The notes beneath the pieces are model-generated. The model made no database searches. It saw nothing but the letters and a program-made list of their open reading frames with translations, and was not told the DNA's origin. This document shows, one piece after another, positions 1 to 13,674 of a stretch of DNA of 64,000 bases. How positions within the stretch are numbered: the stretch's first letter is position 1; every line of letters begins with the position of its first letter. Both the position numbers and the translations under genes were made by a program. Source of the DNA: Octopus sinensis (Eukaryota); NCBI RefSeq assembly GCF_006345805.1, contig NW_021830450.1:1-64000 (forward strand), in the 5' to 3' direction.

Positions 1-258
1 AGAAACAAGATACAAGATGATAGAAGTAGGCAAAGACGAAGATAATGGAAGAAATTTTGCGACGGCGGTTTGCCATTTTTTGCTTTTTCCATTACGAGCT
101 TCAAATGGTATATTGAGAGCGGAGAATTGCAGAATTATGTCCTCTTCCAGTGAACTTTTATTAGATTGCTTAATCTCGATGCTTTCTGCTAACAAACCAA
201 CATAGGCAAACGAATATGGAATTATGGCCGAATTCTCTATGCTCCATGCAGTTTCCAT
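1..258 (-). CDS. Weak candidate coding frame running off the window start
   Basis: Manual translation from ATG at 258: METAWSIENSAIIPYSFAYVGLLAESIEIKQ...KFLPLSSSLPTSIILYLVS, 86 codons with no stop, non-repetitive, ending hydrophobic. No recognisable domain; in-frame stop at 289-291 upstream. Confidence 0.2.
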   Translation of the reverse strand, partial: METAWSIENSAIIPYSFAYVGLLAESIEIKQSNKSSLEEDIILQFSALNIPFEARNGKSKKWQTAVAKFLPLSSSLPTSIILYLVS

Positions 259-354
259 TCCTTTTTCGCTTTCCTTTCTTTTTTTTTCTTATTTTCACTT
301 ATATCTTTATTTTTTTCCGTCTCGTGTCTCCTCTTTCATATTGACGATGACGAT

Positions 355-534
355 TGATGATGATGATGATGAACAGAATGAAAGTGATCTTCCACCTCCC
401 TCTTTTTCCTCATCATTCTTTCTTTTTCTCCGTCTTATTGCTCTTGTTCTTCACATTCAGTCTCATCATCTCATCATCATCTCATCATCATCATCAACAT
501 CATCATCTCATCATCATCATCATCATCATCATCC

Positions 535-565
<31 letters not shown>

Positions 566-630
566 CATCATCATCATCTCATCTCATCATCATCATCATC
601 ATCCTCTTCTTCTTCTTCTTCTTCTTCTTC
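355..630. repeat. (GAT/CAT)n and (CTT)n trinucleotide microsatellites
   Basis: Seen directly. Confidence 0.95.
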
Positions 631-875
631 TTATATTGTGTAGTAGCATATATAAGAGTTTAAAAAAATACTGGAAAAATATTGGTATTATTTATTCCTC
701 TTACATGTGTTTTATTTGCTGAGAGGGGCTTCAGAATTGTTGGAGAATTACTGATAGGAGATATCTCACATGTTTTCTCTCCATGTGCAATATTGGAACT
801 CCTATTAACAAATGAAACACGTGTAACGTTGATTATAATAATGCGAAAAATGTTTAATCTCCTGCTTTTATATGA

Positions 876-1648
876 TGTGTGTGTATATATATATATCTAT
901 ATATATATATATCAACGTATATATATATATATAGATAAAACATATATATGTATGTATATATATATGTGTGTATGTTTATATATGCATATATATATATATG
1001 CATATAAATATATGTATGTATGCATGTATGTATATATGTGTGTGTGTTTGTGTGTGTGTGCACAAACACAGTGCCCACACGTATACATACATGTATGTGC
1101 GAGTGTTTGCATAATTATGTCTATCTATCTATCTCTATCTCTCTCCCTGTCTCTCTTTGTATATATGTATGTGTGTGTGTATACACACGCGCAAATACAT
1201 ATACAGACATGTAGTTTTATCAAATGTTATTTTTACCGATGGACGTGGAAGAGAATACTCAATACACGTCGTAAATAGTATACTTTGTTTAACCTGAATT
1301 CCTTTGGTGTAACCTAAGTTTCACACGAAAGCGATCATCAGGCAAGTACATGTGCAATGATCGTTGTAACGTGAAATTCTATTCAAACGAAAGAAATTCA
1401 GTGGAAATAAATACATGCATAAATACATACATACAAATATGCATACATACACAAACGTATATAAATAATTGTTTAAAAAATAAAAGGTCATTTGGAGTTT
1501 CGCCAAGTCGCTGTTTTTATGAGAAAAATATTTAATTCTACTATAAGTAAAGTATTCTTTGTCAGACAAGGTTTTCAGTTGGTTTAATTAAGTCTCTCTA
1601 TATGTAAAATCAAATACTTATACACGAGACCATGCACACACACGCATA

Positions 1649-1704
<56 letters not shown>

Positions 1705-1789
1705 ACAAACCACGCCACCAACACAAGCACACACATATATACATACATGCATGCATACATGCACATACATGCATACATACATATTTATA

Positions 1790-1825
<36 letters not shown>

Positions 1826-2725
1826 CTTTACACATACATATATATATTTATATATATATTTACACATATGAATGTATATATCTATTTATTAATATATATC
1901 TAATATATATGTTTACCAAATCCTATGCGTTGAATTACACATATACACTCATATTATATACACTCATAAACTACTCGCAAAAACACACAACCACACACCT
2001 CCATCAGCACAGAATCGCCTCGTTCTTTTATGTTAGCAGCCGCCATTCTTTCTTTCTCAATTATATTACACACGTTCACACTGACACCAATACACACACA
2101 CACACACACACTCACACGCACACACTCACACGCACAAATACTTTTCTTTCTTCTTCACTCTATTTCATCTTTCTCTGTCACTCTGTTACCATTACGGACA
2201 CACACACAAAACCATATGCGCATAGATATTCACATATTTACCGGAACAAACAGACAACGCTGGACTTCACCTCGCAAACAAAAGCAAAAGCAAAGCCCAT
2301 GAATACGTTCCAACGGTCATCGTTATCAATAGATATTATATTAGCAGTGACACATTCATCTTGACCATAAAGCTGGACGCCTAGCCGCCATTGTATGCAC
2401 ACACACACACATAAGTACATATATCCACAACATGCACACACACGCATATGTGCACACTAATATAAATATATCAAAATGTATCTCTCTCTCTCTCTCCACA
2501 CACACCACATATATATATATGTATATATATATATTTGTATGCATATATATGTGTCTGTGTATGCGTGTGTATGCATAAGTGTGTCTATGTGTATATGTAT
2601 ATACGTATATCTGTTTATATGTATACACACACCACACAGACACATATATATATATATATATGAGGAGATTGAAAGAAAGAGAAAGGCGCTCATAAATGTA
2701 TGTATATGTTTGTGTATAAGAGCAC

Positions 2726-2798
<73 letters not shown>

Positions 2799-2871
2799 AT
2801 ATATATACATATATATAATAATCTATGATAAAAATATTATATATGATATATCAAATGCATATATATATATG

Positions 2872-2920
<49 letters not shown>

Positions 2921-3001
2921 TATATATATTATATATGAATATACATTTATATGTAATGATATATATATTTATCTAATACAGGAGACATATTAATATATAT
3001 T

Positions 3002-3053
<52 letters not shown>

Positions 3054-3744
3054 ATATGTTTGTGAGCTCACACACACACACACATATGGGCTCATGTGTG
3101 TGTGTGTTGGTGTGCTGTATGAACATGCTGGCAGCCATTTTAATATTGCATAGTTTCACTGAGGCTAGATTTCATCGATTAACCTCAAAATACTTGTTTT
3201 CTATTATATCACCGCCATGTCACTGTCCAAGCGTCCATATCGACCTGTAAAAGCTGTACTTGCGATTTATTGCAGATGTGGAGGTTTGAAGGCAAGCATA
3301 AATATAAATTATATCTATGTATATGTCAATGTGTGTGTGGATGCGTTTCTGCGAGTGACCATATGTGTGTGTGTGTGTGCGTGTGTGAGTGTGTGTGTTG
3401 TGGGGAGAGTGGCATTGTTTGTTGGTTAAGATTAACACTTAGGCTTATGGGGTTTTGTTGGGTCATCAAAAATACATACATATATACATATATTCATACA
3501 CACATGCATTCATACATATATAACTGCATACAAATATATATATGCATGCAGCATATACATAGGTTTATATTTATGCTTATTTATGTACAAGCATTGTATA
3601 GGTATATATACATATCTTTTTATACCTATTTGTATACATGCGTGCACACACTTACGTGTAAATATATATACGTATACACACATACGTGTGTGTGTATATT
3701 ATCAGATGTGTGATTACAGATATTTACAGTTATATCTTTGCATA

Positions 3745-3820
<76 letters not shown>
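876..3820. repeat. Compound (TA)n/(CA)n/(TACA)n microsatellite field (similar fields at 30.2-31.3, 36.0-36.8, 40.3-41.0, 51.8-52.3, 57.6-58.7 and 60.7-62.6 kb)
   Basis: Seen directly; source of the spurious YIYI/HTHT/CVCV ORFs. Confidence 0.95.
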
Positions 3821-3827
<7 letters not shown>

Positions 3828-4409
3828 GACCTACACATAAAATTACATACAAATCAAAAGTTATTGAGTCCTACGTATCACTGTCTCATAATGATATACA
3901 ATTCAATAGACTTTCAGAGTAGAAAATTATTATTGTGGAATTTTTGATTCTCAATACCTTACAGTTACTGGATTACTTCATTCTGGAATTATGAAAACAG
4001 TCTTACATTCCCATAAATTGTTTAGAGAATAATCACTGAGTTAAGTTATTCTCGATTAAGAACAAACAAGAATAACAGCATTACGTTTCATTGTAGTAAA
4101 AATGCGAAATAAATTTCGATTCTGATAGACTCTGTGATGTTAATAAAGAAATGGGAACAACTGGCTTTGGTTTTAGTTCTTTGCCCAGTCGTATAGAATC
4201 GGTTTTTATACTAAGGAATTTGTTTATCTCGTGGGGCGTTGATGATTTAGTTTATAATAAATATAGTTGAATGTTGATTCTAGCGACGTATTGTGGGTTG
4301 TGAGTTGAGTGTGCGCTTTGTGTGTTTCTGAGAAGGGCACATTGATATACTGTTCGAAAGAAGCATCACATCACGTGCTTATGTTACCTGTTATGGACAG
4401 GCATTTAAT

Positions 4410-4616
4410 CTGCCAGTCATTCGAAGATGCTGGAGTAGCACCTTGAAAAGGTTTTATTGATCAAATCGACGCAAGTTTTTATCTTTTAAGTACTTACTTT
4501 ATCGAAATCTTTTGCCGAATGTGCAAAGTTATGGGAACATAATCAGGACAAACCAACATTGACTGTCGAGCGAGAGGGGACGAAAAGTCAGATTCTGTGT
4601 GTGTGTGTGAGTGTGT

Positions 4617-4652
<36 letters not shown>

Positions 4653-4762
4653 ACACAGTTTCTGCCTACCAAATCCACTCACAAAGCATTGGCTGGACTG
4701 AGGCTAGTAGGTGTTGCGCTTAGGAACTGAACTCTAAACCATATCGTTGCAAAGCGAACGTT
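4410..4762 (-). mobile_element. tRNA-derived SINE, family A, decayed
   Basis: Shares blocks (gctggagtagcaccttg, aatcgac, ctaccaaatccactcacaaagc, ggaactgaac) with copies at 13.7-14.0 and 59.4-59.8 kb; internal (TG)n. Confidence 0.75.
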
Positions 4763-5000
4763 TTTATAACCTACGTGGATACAATTCTTCAATGATTCTT
4801 ACAAAAAATCTGTCTGTGAATCCACTCTATATTAGGGAAACTCGTATAGAAATCCATTGAAGAGAATACATCTACAGTTTAAACCATCTAAGAGAATTGG
4901 AAAAAATCTATGATATGATATATATATATATGCGTGTGTGTGTGTGTGTGTGTTGTGTGTGTGGTGTGTGTGTGGTGTGTGTGTGTGTGAGTGCGTGTTC

Positions 5001-5335
5001 CTTTCTGTCGAAGAGCGTAGGATCTAAACGTAAAAGACTTTCTCACCTTCCCGAGCATCAAACTAATACACCTACTTGTTGTTTATGCACCTGTCATCAT
5101 CTTTTGTTTTTCTGAAAATTTCACATATATATATATATATATATATACATATCGACTGCTACCTACTAAGGCTTTTTTTTTATTCTCTGTCTGTTTATTC
5201 TCTTGTGTTTTCTTCCTCTGTCGAAGAGCGTAGGCTCGAAGCGTAAAAGACTTTCTCACTTTCCCGAGCGTTAAACTAATACACCTGTTTGTTGTTTATA
5301 CACCTGTCTTCGTCTTTTATTTTTTTGTAAATTTC

Positions 5336-5340
<5 letters not shown>
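5001..5340 (+). mobile_element. Two head-to-tail pLTR-like units, each with a hammerhead-like motif and a (TA)n tail
   Basis: Direct repeats of about 125 bp (5001-5125, 5214-5340). Motif CTGTCGA-A-GAGC-gtag-GCTC-GAAgC-GTA-aaag at 5218; the 5005 copy reads GATC-TAAAC at the same positions. Confidence 0.65.
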
Positions 5341-5381
<41 letters not shown>

Positions 5382-6676
5382 TTGATATATACACACTATC
5401 GATAGGCCAGTTGCTGCAGTATTTTTCCTGGGACAGCTTTTCGTACGGACTTAGTGTGCTCAAAACAATAGATATGAGTGTCAAAAATCCTTGTCAGGAG
5501 CGGTCATTGAGTGTACCAGATTCCCGGATGCATTTGGGCTGCGTTCAACCTTTTTGAGCATACTCATACGAAAATTCGTCCTGTCTGTTACAAGAAAAGA
5601 AAAATGATAGAAACAAAAACCAAAAGACATTGAGGTTGCAAATAGGCGCCCAGTTGGTTAACGATGAATTATATACAACAAAAGCAAACGGAATTTATGC
5701 CAGGAATATAACACAAAGAATATAATAGAAGGAATATTATACATTAGTGCTTAAAATGAATATAAGCAGATATTATTTTATCGCCTTTAAAATGTTTCTT
5801 TTGCTCATTTCCTTACTGTGCAATAAATTCTTTATCTGTTGGCTGTGGTATAATTTGAACTTTTGAATGTTTCTTCAAACTACTTGTTGTAAGTTATTCA
5901 ATGCTATTCACTTTACTGTATCTCTGTCCTTTATTTATTAAACACCTTTCTTTAAGTCCCATAAGCATTTAAAAATATTCAAGACAACACAAAATTCACA
6001 GTAACACCAAGTCAAATTCCCAAGTTTGCTATTATTTAGGGCGTTTACAGCAAATACTTTCATCTATCCGTCCGTTCGTTCATCCGTCTGTACGTACGTA
6101 CGTACGTACATACATACATACATCCAGAAATACGTAGGTAAGTACGTCCGTACATACACATTTCAGAAAGGTGAAAAAACATGTGACGTAAAGAATCGTC
6201 TGAGACAGGAACTAAACATGCAAAACTCCTCGCTGTCATTACTGGTTATGATCAGTCTTTAATTATTTGGCCAAATACGATCCTTTATCATTTAGCAGAA
6301 AATTTCCATTCTGCAACCTATTGATTTCATCTGAACCACACATAACATGTTCGGTGTGAATGACGATTTCTCAGATAAAATGGCTTTTCTTCATTATCCT
6401 AAATTGTTTCAGCCTATTCGACAAAAGAATATGTATCTATCTTTGCTTTTCTCTATATTCTATTTCATCCTCCATATCATTAATTTATTGCAACTATGCA
6501 CAGCATGAAGTCCTTAGAGTTATTGTAAAATTTACTCATAGCATATATATAATCGTCCATTAAGCTATATGGATTAAATATAAAAATTGAAACACCTCAC
6601 CAAATGAAGAGGGAGAACTTTCTTTCCCACTTCCTTTTCTCCGTCTCTATTATTTTCTCATTGGTTCTCTTTACCT

Positions 6677-6712
6677 TTTTCTGATGAAGTACTAGCGCCC
6701 GAAACGTCCACA
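6677..6712 (+). ncRNA. Decayed minimal hammerhead-like motif
   Basis: CTGATGA-A-GTACtagcGCCC-GAAAC-GTC: canonical core spacing, but stems I and II are mismatched. Pyrimidine-rich leader as in the 5, 41 and 57 kb copies. Confidence 0.5.
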
Positions 6713-7055
6713 GTCTTTATAAGCGTGAACCTCAGCCAACCGCCGTTTAAAGCTCGTCTCTCTCGTTTTGCCTCCTTTTGCTCATTAGCTGATGTGTCTA
6801 CGCACAAACACACACACAACATTCAATGTTGAACCTGAAATTAATTTTAATCCTTAATCTATGTTTCACATTGATAAGTAATTACTTCAAGACCTGAAGA
6901 GTAAAAAAATAATAAAGAATGGGGAAATAACTCTGCTGCGCTGATACCCGTAGCCTGAAAGAAGGAAAATGATGCGACGTGACATTATATAACACATTGT
7001 ATTATCTTACACTTATATAAACACATTATATGCATATACATACATGCACACACAC

Positions 7056-7089
<34 letters not shown>

Positions 7090-7638
7090 GTATATATATA
7101 TATATATATATATATATCATATATCATTTACCTGTATCAAGATAAATAAATAGATGTATCAATAGCTAGACGTAAGCACGTATATATGATAATCTGCCAG
7201 ATGATATTCGCGAGATGATATTCCTATAATTTCTCAGTTTCTCCTGTGTATATCAATATATATTCGTTTTATAACGATTATATGCTTGCGCTCCCTTTCT
7301 ATGCATCTTGTAGGTGTCACTGTTCATCTGTGTATGTGGGTGTAGGTATATGTTTATTTAATTATATATGTATATGTAACTGTGTGTCTCTGTGTGTTTG
7401 CGTGTGTGTGTGTTTGTATCTGTGTGTGTGTGTGTGTGTGCGTGTGTGTGTTTGAATTGATCGTCTTTCTTATAGTGTTCTCTACTTCTGCCCCAGCTGC
7501 CGTCACCATCGCGAAACACGCCATTATCGTTCACCCGACTTGTATTTCACAATATTAAAATTCCGCCTTTCATTCAAATCGTGTTACAGCAATTGTAAAA
7601 ACAAAAATAACAACCACTGAATAATAATATTAACAATG

Positions 7639-7708
<70 letters not shown>

Positions 7709-7978
7709 GAAGAAACAGAAAGAAAGAAAGAAAATCCAAAGAAAATACAAAAGCAAGAATGCTCAAGGATGCAGAAGACGTTTTATCCGAAACTAATTTC
7801 TATTTACAGCAAGCTCCAACATATACACTAACATTTAATCATAGCAAACTACTCACACACAAAGACAACGCACACACACACACACACGCACGCAATATAT
7901 ATATATACACATATAAATAGATACACAAAGACACACACACATACATACATACATAAACAAAGCATACAGTTGTATATA

Positions 7979-8051
<73 letters not shown>

Positions 8052-9296
8052 CATATATAGACGTCGCATACAAATCAAATTGAACAGACAAATATTTTCC
8101 CAGGATTTTTCTCTCAGTTCAAACTCTAAGAAAGAATTCAATCGGTTTAATACCGTTTTCAATAGCCAGCAGGTTTCTCAGGAAAGATTACCTCCCCCAC
8201 TGCGCTCTAAAGCAGTGTATCGACTTTCAATTACCATTGTGTACAAACATGAAGACTTATACATGTCCATAGGCTTGCGTTCGATGGACTCGTACATATA
8301 CGCATGCGCACATTCATATACGTACACACTCTCACACAAACGTAAACAGGCACAAACACAAATACAGGCACACACATGCAGACACACACACACACACACA
8401 TTAACGTATGCATACACATAGAAATAGAAGCTCATACCTACACAAACACATATAAACAAGCGAAAAGCAATCCGCCATTGTTATATTTGTAAAAGCAGAC
8501 GATAGAAAAGAAGAAAAGCAACTGAAAGAGAATAAAACGAAACGAAATGGAAGAAAATATCAAGAAATATTAAATAATACCAATAAATATTAAATACATA
8601 TTTATACATAAAAGTATAAACGTATATAAAGGTCTATAAACGTGGTCGAATATCTATTTGATTTTGTAAAAGCTCTGTATATGAGAGCTTACATAGACAC
8701 GTTACTGTGTGATTGCACTTCTGTGAAAAGAATTGCACGCGCAACTGTGTATCGGCGTGTGTGTATCGATGTTTGTGTGGTTTGTGAATTTTACAATATT
8801 CGACAAAGAAAAAATACACAATCATATTTATATATTCTTATTTACAACGCTTAACAGAAGCCTATAAATAATAGCATTTATCTATTTTTTTACTTCTACA
8901 ATATCGGTTGTTGACTCACATTTCTTCTATTATTTATGTGCTCTCCGTCGCTTTTCTTTCTTCTCTCTCAATCTCATACACGCACACGTATGCACACATA
9001 TACATATACATATAGAAATACATGTATATATATATATGAGTATATATAAATATAAATATGTGTGTGTGTGTGCGTGGGTGTATATGTGTGTGTGCGTTTG
9101 TGTGTGCAAGAACGAAAATGTTATCAATTCACAAATAATATGCGTGAGTATAAATGTGTGCATAAGTGTGTGTAAATGAATTTATGCATTTATATTATTG
9201 TAGTGTTCAGCTCAATCTCTGTTGCCACTCATATATGAAACTCCGAACCCTATAAAAGAAAATGATTTGGACGCCGCAATATAACATAATATAATA

Positions 9297-9420
9297 CGAA
9301 CTGGCAGAATCGTCAGCACAGCTGGTGAAATGCCTAGCGCCATTCCGTCCGTCATTATGTTCAAATTCTGCCGAGCTCCAGTTTGCCTTTCATTCTTTGG
9401 GGGTCGATAAAATAAGTACC
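9297..9420 (+). mobile_element. SINE-like repeat family B, partial
   Basis: ctggcagaatcgtcagcac...ttcaaattctgccgag...tttgcctttcat...ggggtcgataaaataagtacc matches the 12571 and 32884 copies. Confidence 0.8.
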
Positions 9421-9890
9421 TGATCCCGTGCCAAAATTGGTGAAACTGTAAAGTGGTCGGATCGGATACCTTACCATATTAGTTCCGGATTTTTCTGTTC
9501 TTAATTCAAATCTTGCCGTGGCCTGTTTATGTGGTAGACTTATCCTACTGCTTGGTTTCATATCACTGCCTCATATCTTGGGTCTATTTAGTGAAGTTCA
9601 TTTTATTGTTAGCTTTAGACAAGAGGAGGCCTTCCTACGTTTGAGGAAACCTTCCTCTTCTCCTGCAACTCTCGGAGGCGCTGTAACGGGCCACGAGCTC
9701 TGCGTTTGCTTAACCAACATATTTATTCATTAAGATCAAGGAACTTAGAGAGTTATAGAGCTTCACCACTATCATTTCTGAAAAACCGCATGTCTGCTCA
9801 ATCTTATCAATAACTAACTATGAATGGAAGGAAAACGGTTTCAAATGAGACGCATCGTCAAATTTACTCTGCAAACAACTTGGATTGGAA

Positions 9891-10260
9891 GCACTCCGTC
9901 GGTTACGACGAGAGTTGATCCGAATCAACGGAACAGCCTGCTCGTGAAATTAACGTGCAAGTGGCTGAGCACTCCACAGACACGTGTACCCTTAACGCAG
10001 TTCTCGGGGATATTCAGCATGACACAGAGAGTGACAAAGCCGGCCCTTTGAAATACAGGTACAACAGTAACAGGAAGTAAGAGTGAGAGAAAGTTGTGGT
10101 GAAAGAGTACAGCAGGGATCACCACCATCCCTGCCGGAGCCTCGTGGAGCTTTAGGTGTTTTCGCTCAATAAACACTCACAACGCCCGGTCTGGGAATCG
10201 AAACCACGATCCTACGAACGCGAGTCCGCTGCCCTAACCACAGGGCCATTGCGCCTCCAC
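9891..10260 (-). mobile_element. tRNA-derived SINE, family C, near full length
   Basis: Minus-strand head ggcgcaaTGGCCCTGTGGttagggc...GGTTTCGATTCCC (Pol III A/B boxes); 3' tail shared with the SINE at 48046-48366. Confidence 0.85.
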
Positions 10261-10319
10261 AATGCAAACAACTTACAAATACCATTGCAAGAGTTCTATA
10301 CTAAACTCAGTATTGAAAA

Positions 10320-10595
10320 GACTGATGGCGTGATCAAATCCATGCGGTAGAAAGCATGTTGTGTCAAACGTATTGCTAAATGTCGGCAGACAATCATGGA
10401 ACTAGACGGTGGAATTCCTCTCCACTAAAAGAACTTAAAAACAATGAATTCATCATGTGGAGATGGATGACAGGCGATTGGCTATAAACCAAACACTCAA
10501 TGCTATTAGCATATCCCGTGAGAGAGAGTTGAGAATATTCTTCACAATGAATTTGGCATGGCGAAGGTTTCTACTCGATGGGTGCCACGTCTTCA
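10320..10595 (+). pseudogene. Mariner transposase remnant
   Basis: Translates with one frameshift as HHVEMDDRRLAINQTLNAISISRER/VENILHNEFGMAKVSTRWVPRL: second HTH plus the WVP(R/H)xL linker of mariners. Confidence 0.75.
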
Positions 10596-11313
10596 ATAGT
10601 GCACCACTCTGACCACAATCAGGGGAGATCTGTAATAATAAATCTCTGAGCGAGGTATACACAACGGATGAGATGATTTGAGTATTTGTTTTATTAGAAT
10701 AATCAAAAGCAGGTCTGTTTTTAAAAGACGAAATGATCCATCATTCAATTCCGATAACAACTCAATCAACGATCATTTTTATCTAATTCAGATGGCAAGT
10801 GTGCTTTGAGGAAGAATTGCTTTCTATTTCTGCGAGGTTGAGATGCCCCGTAAAGTTCCATCCCTAGTACATCCACCGCTTAGTTTCGGTGACTGGTAGG
10901 TGTTACCCCGCACTCTCTGTCAGCCACAATCCTACAGAGCTTTGATCGTTGACGATCGTTGACCCCTTTATATATTTTTTAAAAACCTTGTGCGTCTCCC
11001 GCTGCAGTAGAATGTAATTTTGAGGTTTAAGTTTAACTGCTACTTCTAAACCACGTCGAGTGCTCCTTGTATTGCGCGGTGTTTTTATCCTGTTCTATTA
11101 AATTGCATGCTGCGGTGTTGTGCTCGAAATAAACAAGATTATTGTCAAATTCGTTTTAAACTTGCATTGACCATCATTGGATTCTGGCGGAGGTCTTTGT
11201 AATTGTTGACAAGCATTCTTCGTACGTTAGTGACATTCCTGAGTTTGACAACTGCTGTCAAATTGTCTTCACTGCTGAACTCACTAAAGATTTGTTCGTT
11301 CATGTATTGAAAT

Positions 11314-11314
<1 letters not shown>

Positions 11315-11349
<35 letters not shown>

Positions 11350-11442
11350 ACTACTTCTACTTCTTTTTCTTCTTCTTCATCACCACCACCACCACCACCA
11401 CCACCACCCCACCACCACCACCACCACCACCACCACCACCGC

Positions 11443-11482
<40 letters not shown>

Positions 11483-11489
11483 GTCATCG

Positions 11490-11525
<36 letters not shown>

Positions 11526-11556
11526 ACATCATCATCATTATCATCATCATCATCAT
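11315..11556. repeat. (CTA)n-(CAC)n-(CAT)n compound microsatellite
   Basis: Seen directly. Confidence 0.95.
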
Positions 11557-12028
11557 GATGACCATAATCATCTTAGTTGCCATGCCCGTCAATATTCTTT
11601 CACCCACCTAGGTTCTGGCAAGTTCTTATATAACTACTTTTCGATGTTTTCGCTCTTTTTATTTTGTTCTTTCTCCTCATTGTTCTCCCAGCACATTGGG
11701 CGGCAAGCTTCATCACCTGGGTTCGATCGGCTGCTTCTCTTACACATTCATTTTCCGCGTTATGTTAACTGTCTTCAGATGGTCATGAATCGACAGCCGC
11801 CAAATGAACTTCGACCTGCCCTTTTATACTTGTCAAAAGGTTGCACGCAAATCCAAATCATGGATGCTTCCGAGTGCGGTTCATTGGTTGGACGAAGAAT
11901 GTGGACAGCCAATGAATGGAGCGGAAAACATACCCACACTCATTACCGCCCTTAACCATTGTACAGATACACTCACTCCAATACAGGACATAATTATATA
12001 TATTTAACTTAATTTCGATTTCGGGTTT

Positions 12029-12063
<35 letters not shown>

Positions 12064-12175
12064 TCTGTCTGTCTCACTCTGCTTTTCTAAACCAGAGTTA
12101 ATCATTAAATGTAATGGTTTCATTCTCCTCAAGGTCGGCGCAATTTTAATTCGAGATGTTTGATAGCTCTCCATA

Positions 12176-12505
12176 GGCGCAGGTAGGGTTGTGTGGTTAA
12201 GAAGAACTCTTTGCAAGTATATGGTTCCAAGTTCAGTGGTAATTGTCTTCTATATCCCCGAACCAGCAGGTACCTTCTGAATTAGAAACTGTGAGGAATC
12301 CCGCCCTGCCCGTTTGTGTGTTCGCTTACGTGTGTGTGTTCGTTTGTGTTTGTGTATGCCTCACCACCGCTTGACAGCTGTTAAGTTATGTCCCCGTAAC
12401 TTAGCTGTTCGGCAAAAGAAAACGGGCGAATAAGTACTAGGCATGAAAATGCTGGCTTCGATATGCTTGGCCCAAATTGGCTGCAATGCAATCACAAGTA
12501 AAAGA
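12176..12505 (+). mobile_element. tRNA-derived SINE, family A
   Basis: ggcgcaggtagggttgtgtggttaagaag...ggttccaagttcag head; atgtccccgtaacttagctgttcggcaaaag body. Confidence 0.7.
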
Positions 12506-12570
12506 TATTCTAACTTATCTTCTGACTTTTCACTGCTTCACACAAGTGCTGCGTATATTATTTTGTTCTA

Positions 12571-12950
12571 GGGTGGCGAGCTGGCAGAAACGTTAGCACG
12601 CCGGGCGAAATGCTTAGCGGTATTTCGTCTGCCGTTACGCTCTGAGTTCAAATTCCGCCGAGGTCGACTTGGCCTTTCATCCTTTCGGGGTCGATATAAT
12701 CGACTTAATCCGTTTGTCTGTCCTTGTTTGCCCTCTCTGTGTTTAGCCCCTTCTGGGTAGTAAAAAAATAGGTATTTCGTCTACCGTTACGTCCTGAGTT
12801 CAAATTCCGCCGAGGTGACGTTGCCTTTCGTCCTTTAGGGGTCGTTTAAATAAGTATCAGTTACGCACTGGTGTCGATGTAATCGACTTAATCCCTTTGT
12901 CTGTCCTTGTTTGTCCCCTCTATGTTTAGTCCCCTGTCGGCAATTAAGAA
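12571..12950 (+). mobile_element. SINE-like family B, two tandem units
   Basis: ggcgagctggcagaaacgttagcacgccgggcgaaatgcttagcgg; the block ggtatttcgtct...gagttcaaattccgccgagg occurs at about 12619 and 12771. Confidence 0.85.
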
Positions 12951-13674
12951 ATATATATATATATATATATATTCTTTTATTCTTTTAAACGTTTCAGTCA
13001 TTTGGCCTCAATCACCGCGTTTCTTGTTTCCAACATTCCAAAAACAAGTTACATCCCTGTTGTTCTAGAATACTAAATACTGCGTGGTTTACCTCATTTG
13101 GACTAATTTGGGGCATAAAAGCACCCTTATTTATATCGCTGACGGATGATAACCGCCCACCGCCGTGACTGTCAGATCACGTGAAATCACCCTTCCTTGG
13201 GCTTGTCAATGACAGACGTCCAGCTAAACATAGCAACTGATACCCACGTCAGCGGTGTATAAAGTCTCAGTGTCTATTCAGGCAGGGGTGCCGCAAACAG
13301 CCATTGGACTGCAAATAAAAAAAATAAAAAACAAAACAAACAAAAAACCCCAATTAATAGTGACTGAAGTGGTATAATACCAAAAGGTATTTACCTGACC
13401 ACCACCACTTAAAGTGAATGTTGTATTAACCGTTTTTGATATCTGCGTTGTATAAATCATCTGTTTTTATGTATTTTTGTATAACTTAGGAAATTTTAAG
13501 CTGTCCTGTATTTCAGTAGATTGTACAGCGTCTCCTTATTAAGGGGACGCTGTCCAATATACCAAACGACCTTCCAAGAATTCGTTCTACTTTTTCTCTT
13601 TTGTATACTCCTTGTTTCATTTATCTTTTCGTAAATTGTCTGGACAGGTTTTATTGCGTGCATTCATAGGTATC

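Noticed and set aside
224-3922. Many ORFs with YIYI/HTHT/CVCV/poly-S/I/L/N runs, here and throughout the window
   Set aside because: Translations of microsatellites; no coding evidence.
8693-8720. Possible 28-nt minus-strand micro-exon (ttcttttcacag...gtaagc)
   Set aside because: Expected by chance in 64 kb; no partner exons.
10180-10255. tRNA-like segments here and at 48050 and 61670
   Set aside because: SINE heads running into repeat bodies; no complete cloverleaf with terminator.
13360-13400. CTGAAGT-GGTA-taa-TACC-AAAAGGTATTTACCT-G hammerhead-like fold
   Set aside because: A9, G12 and the cleavage-site base all deviate, with no stem I.
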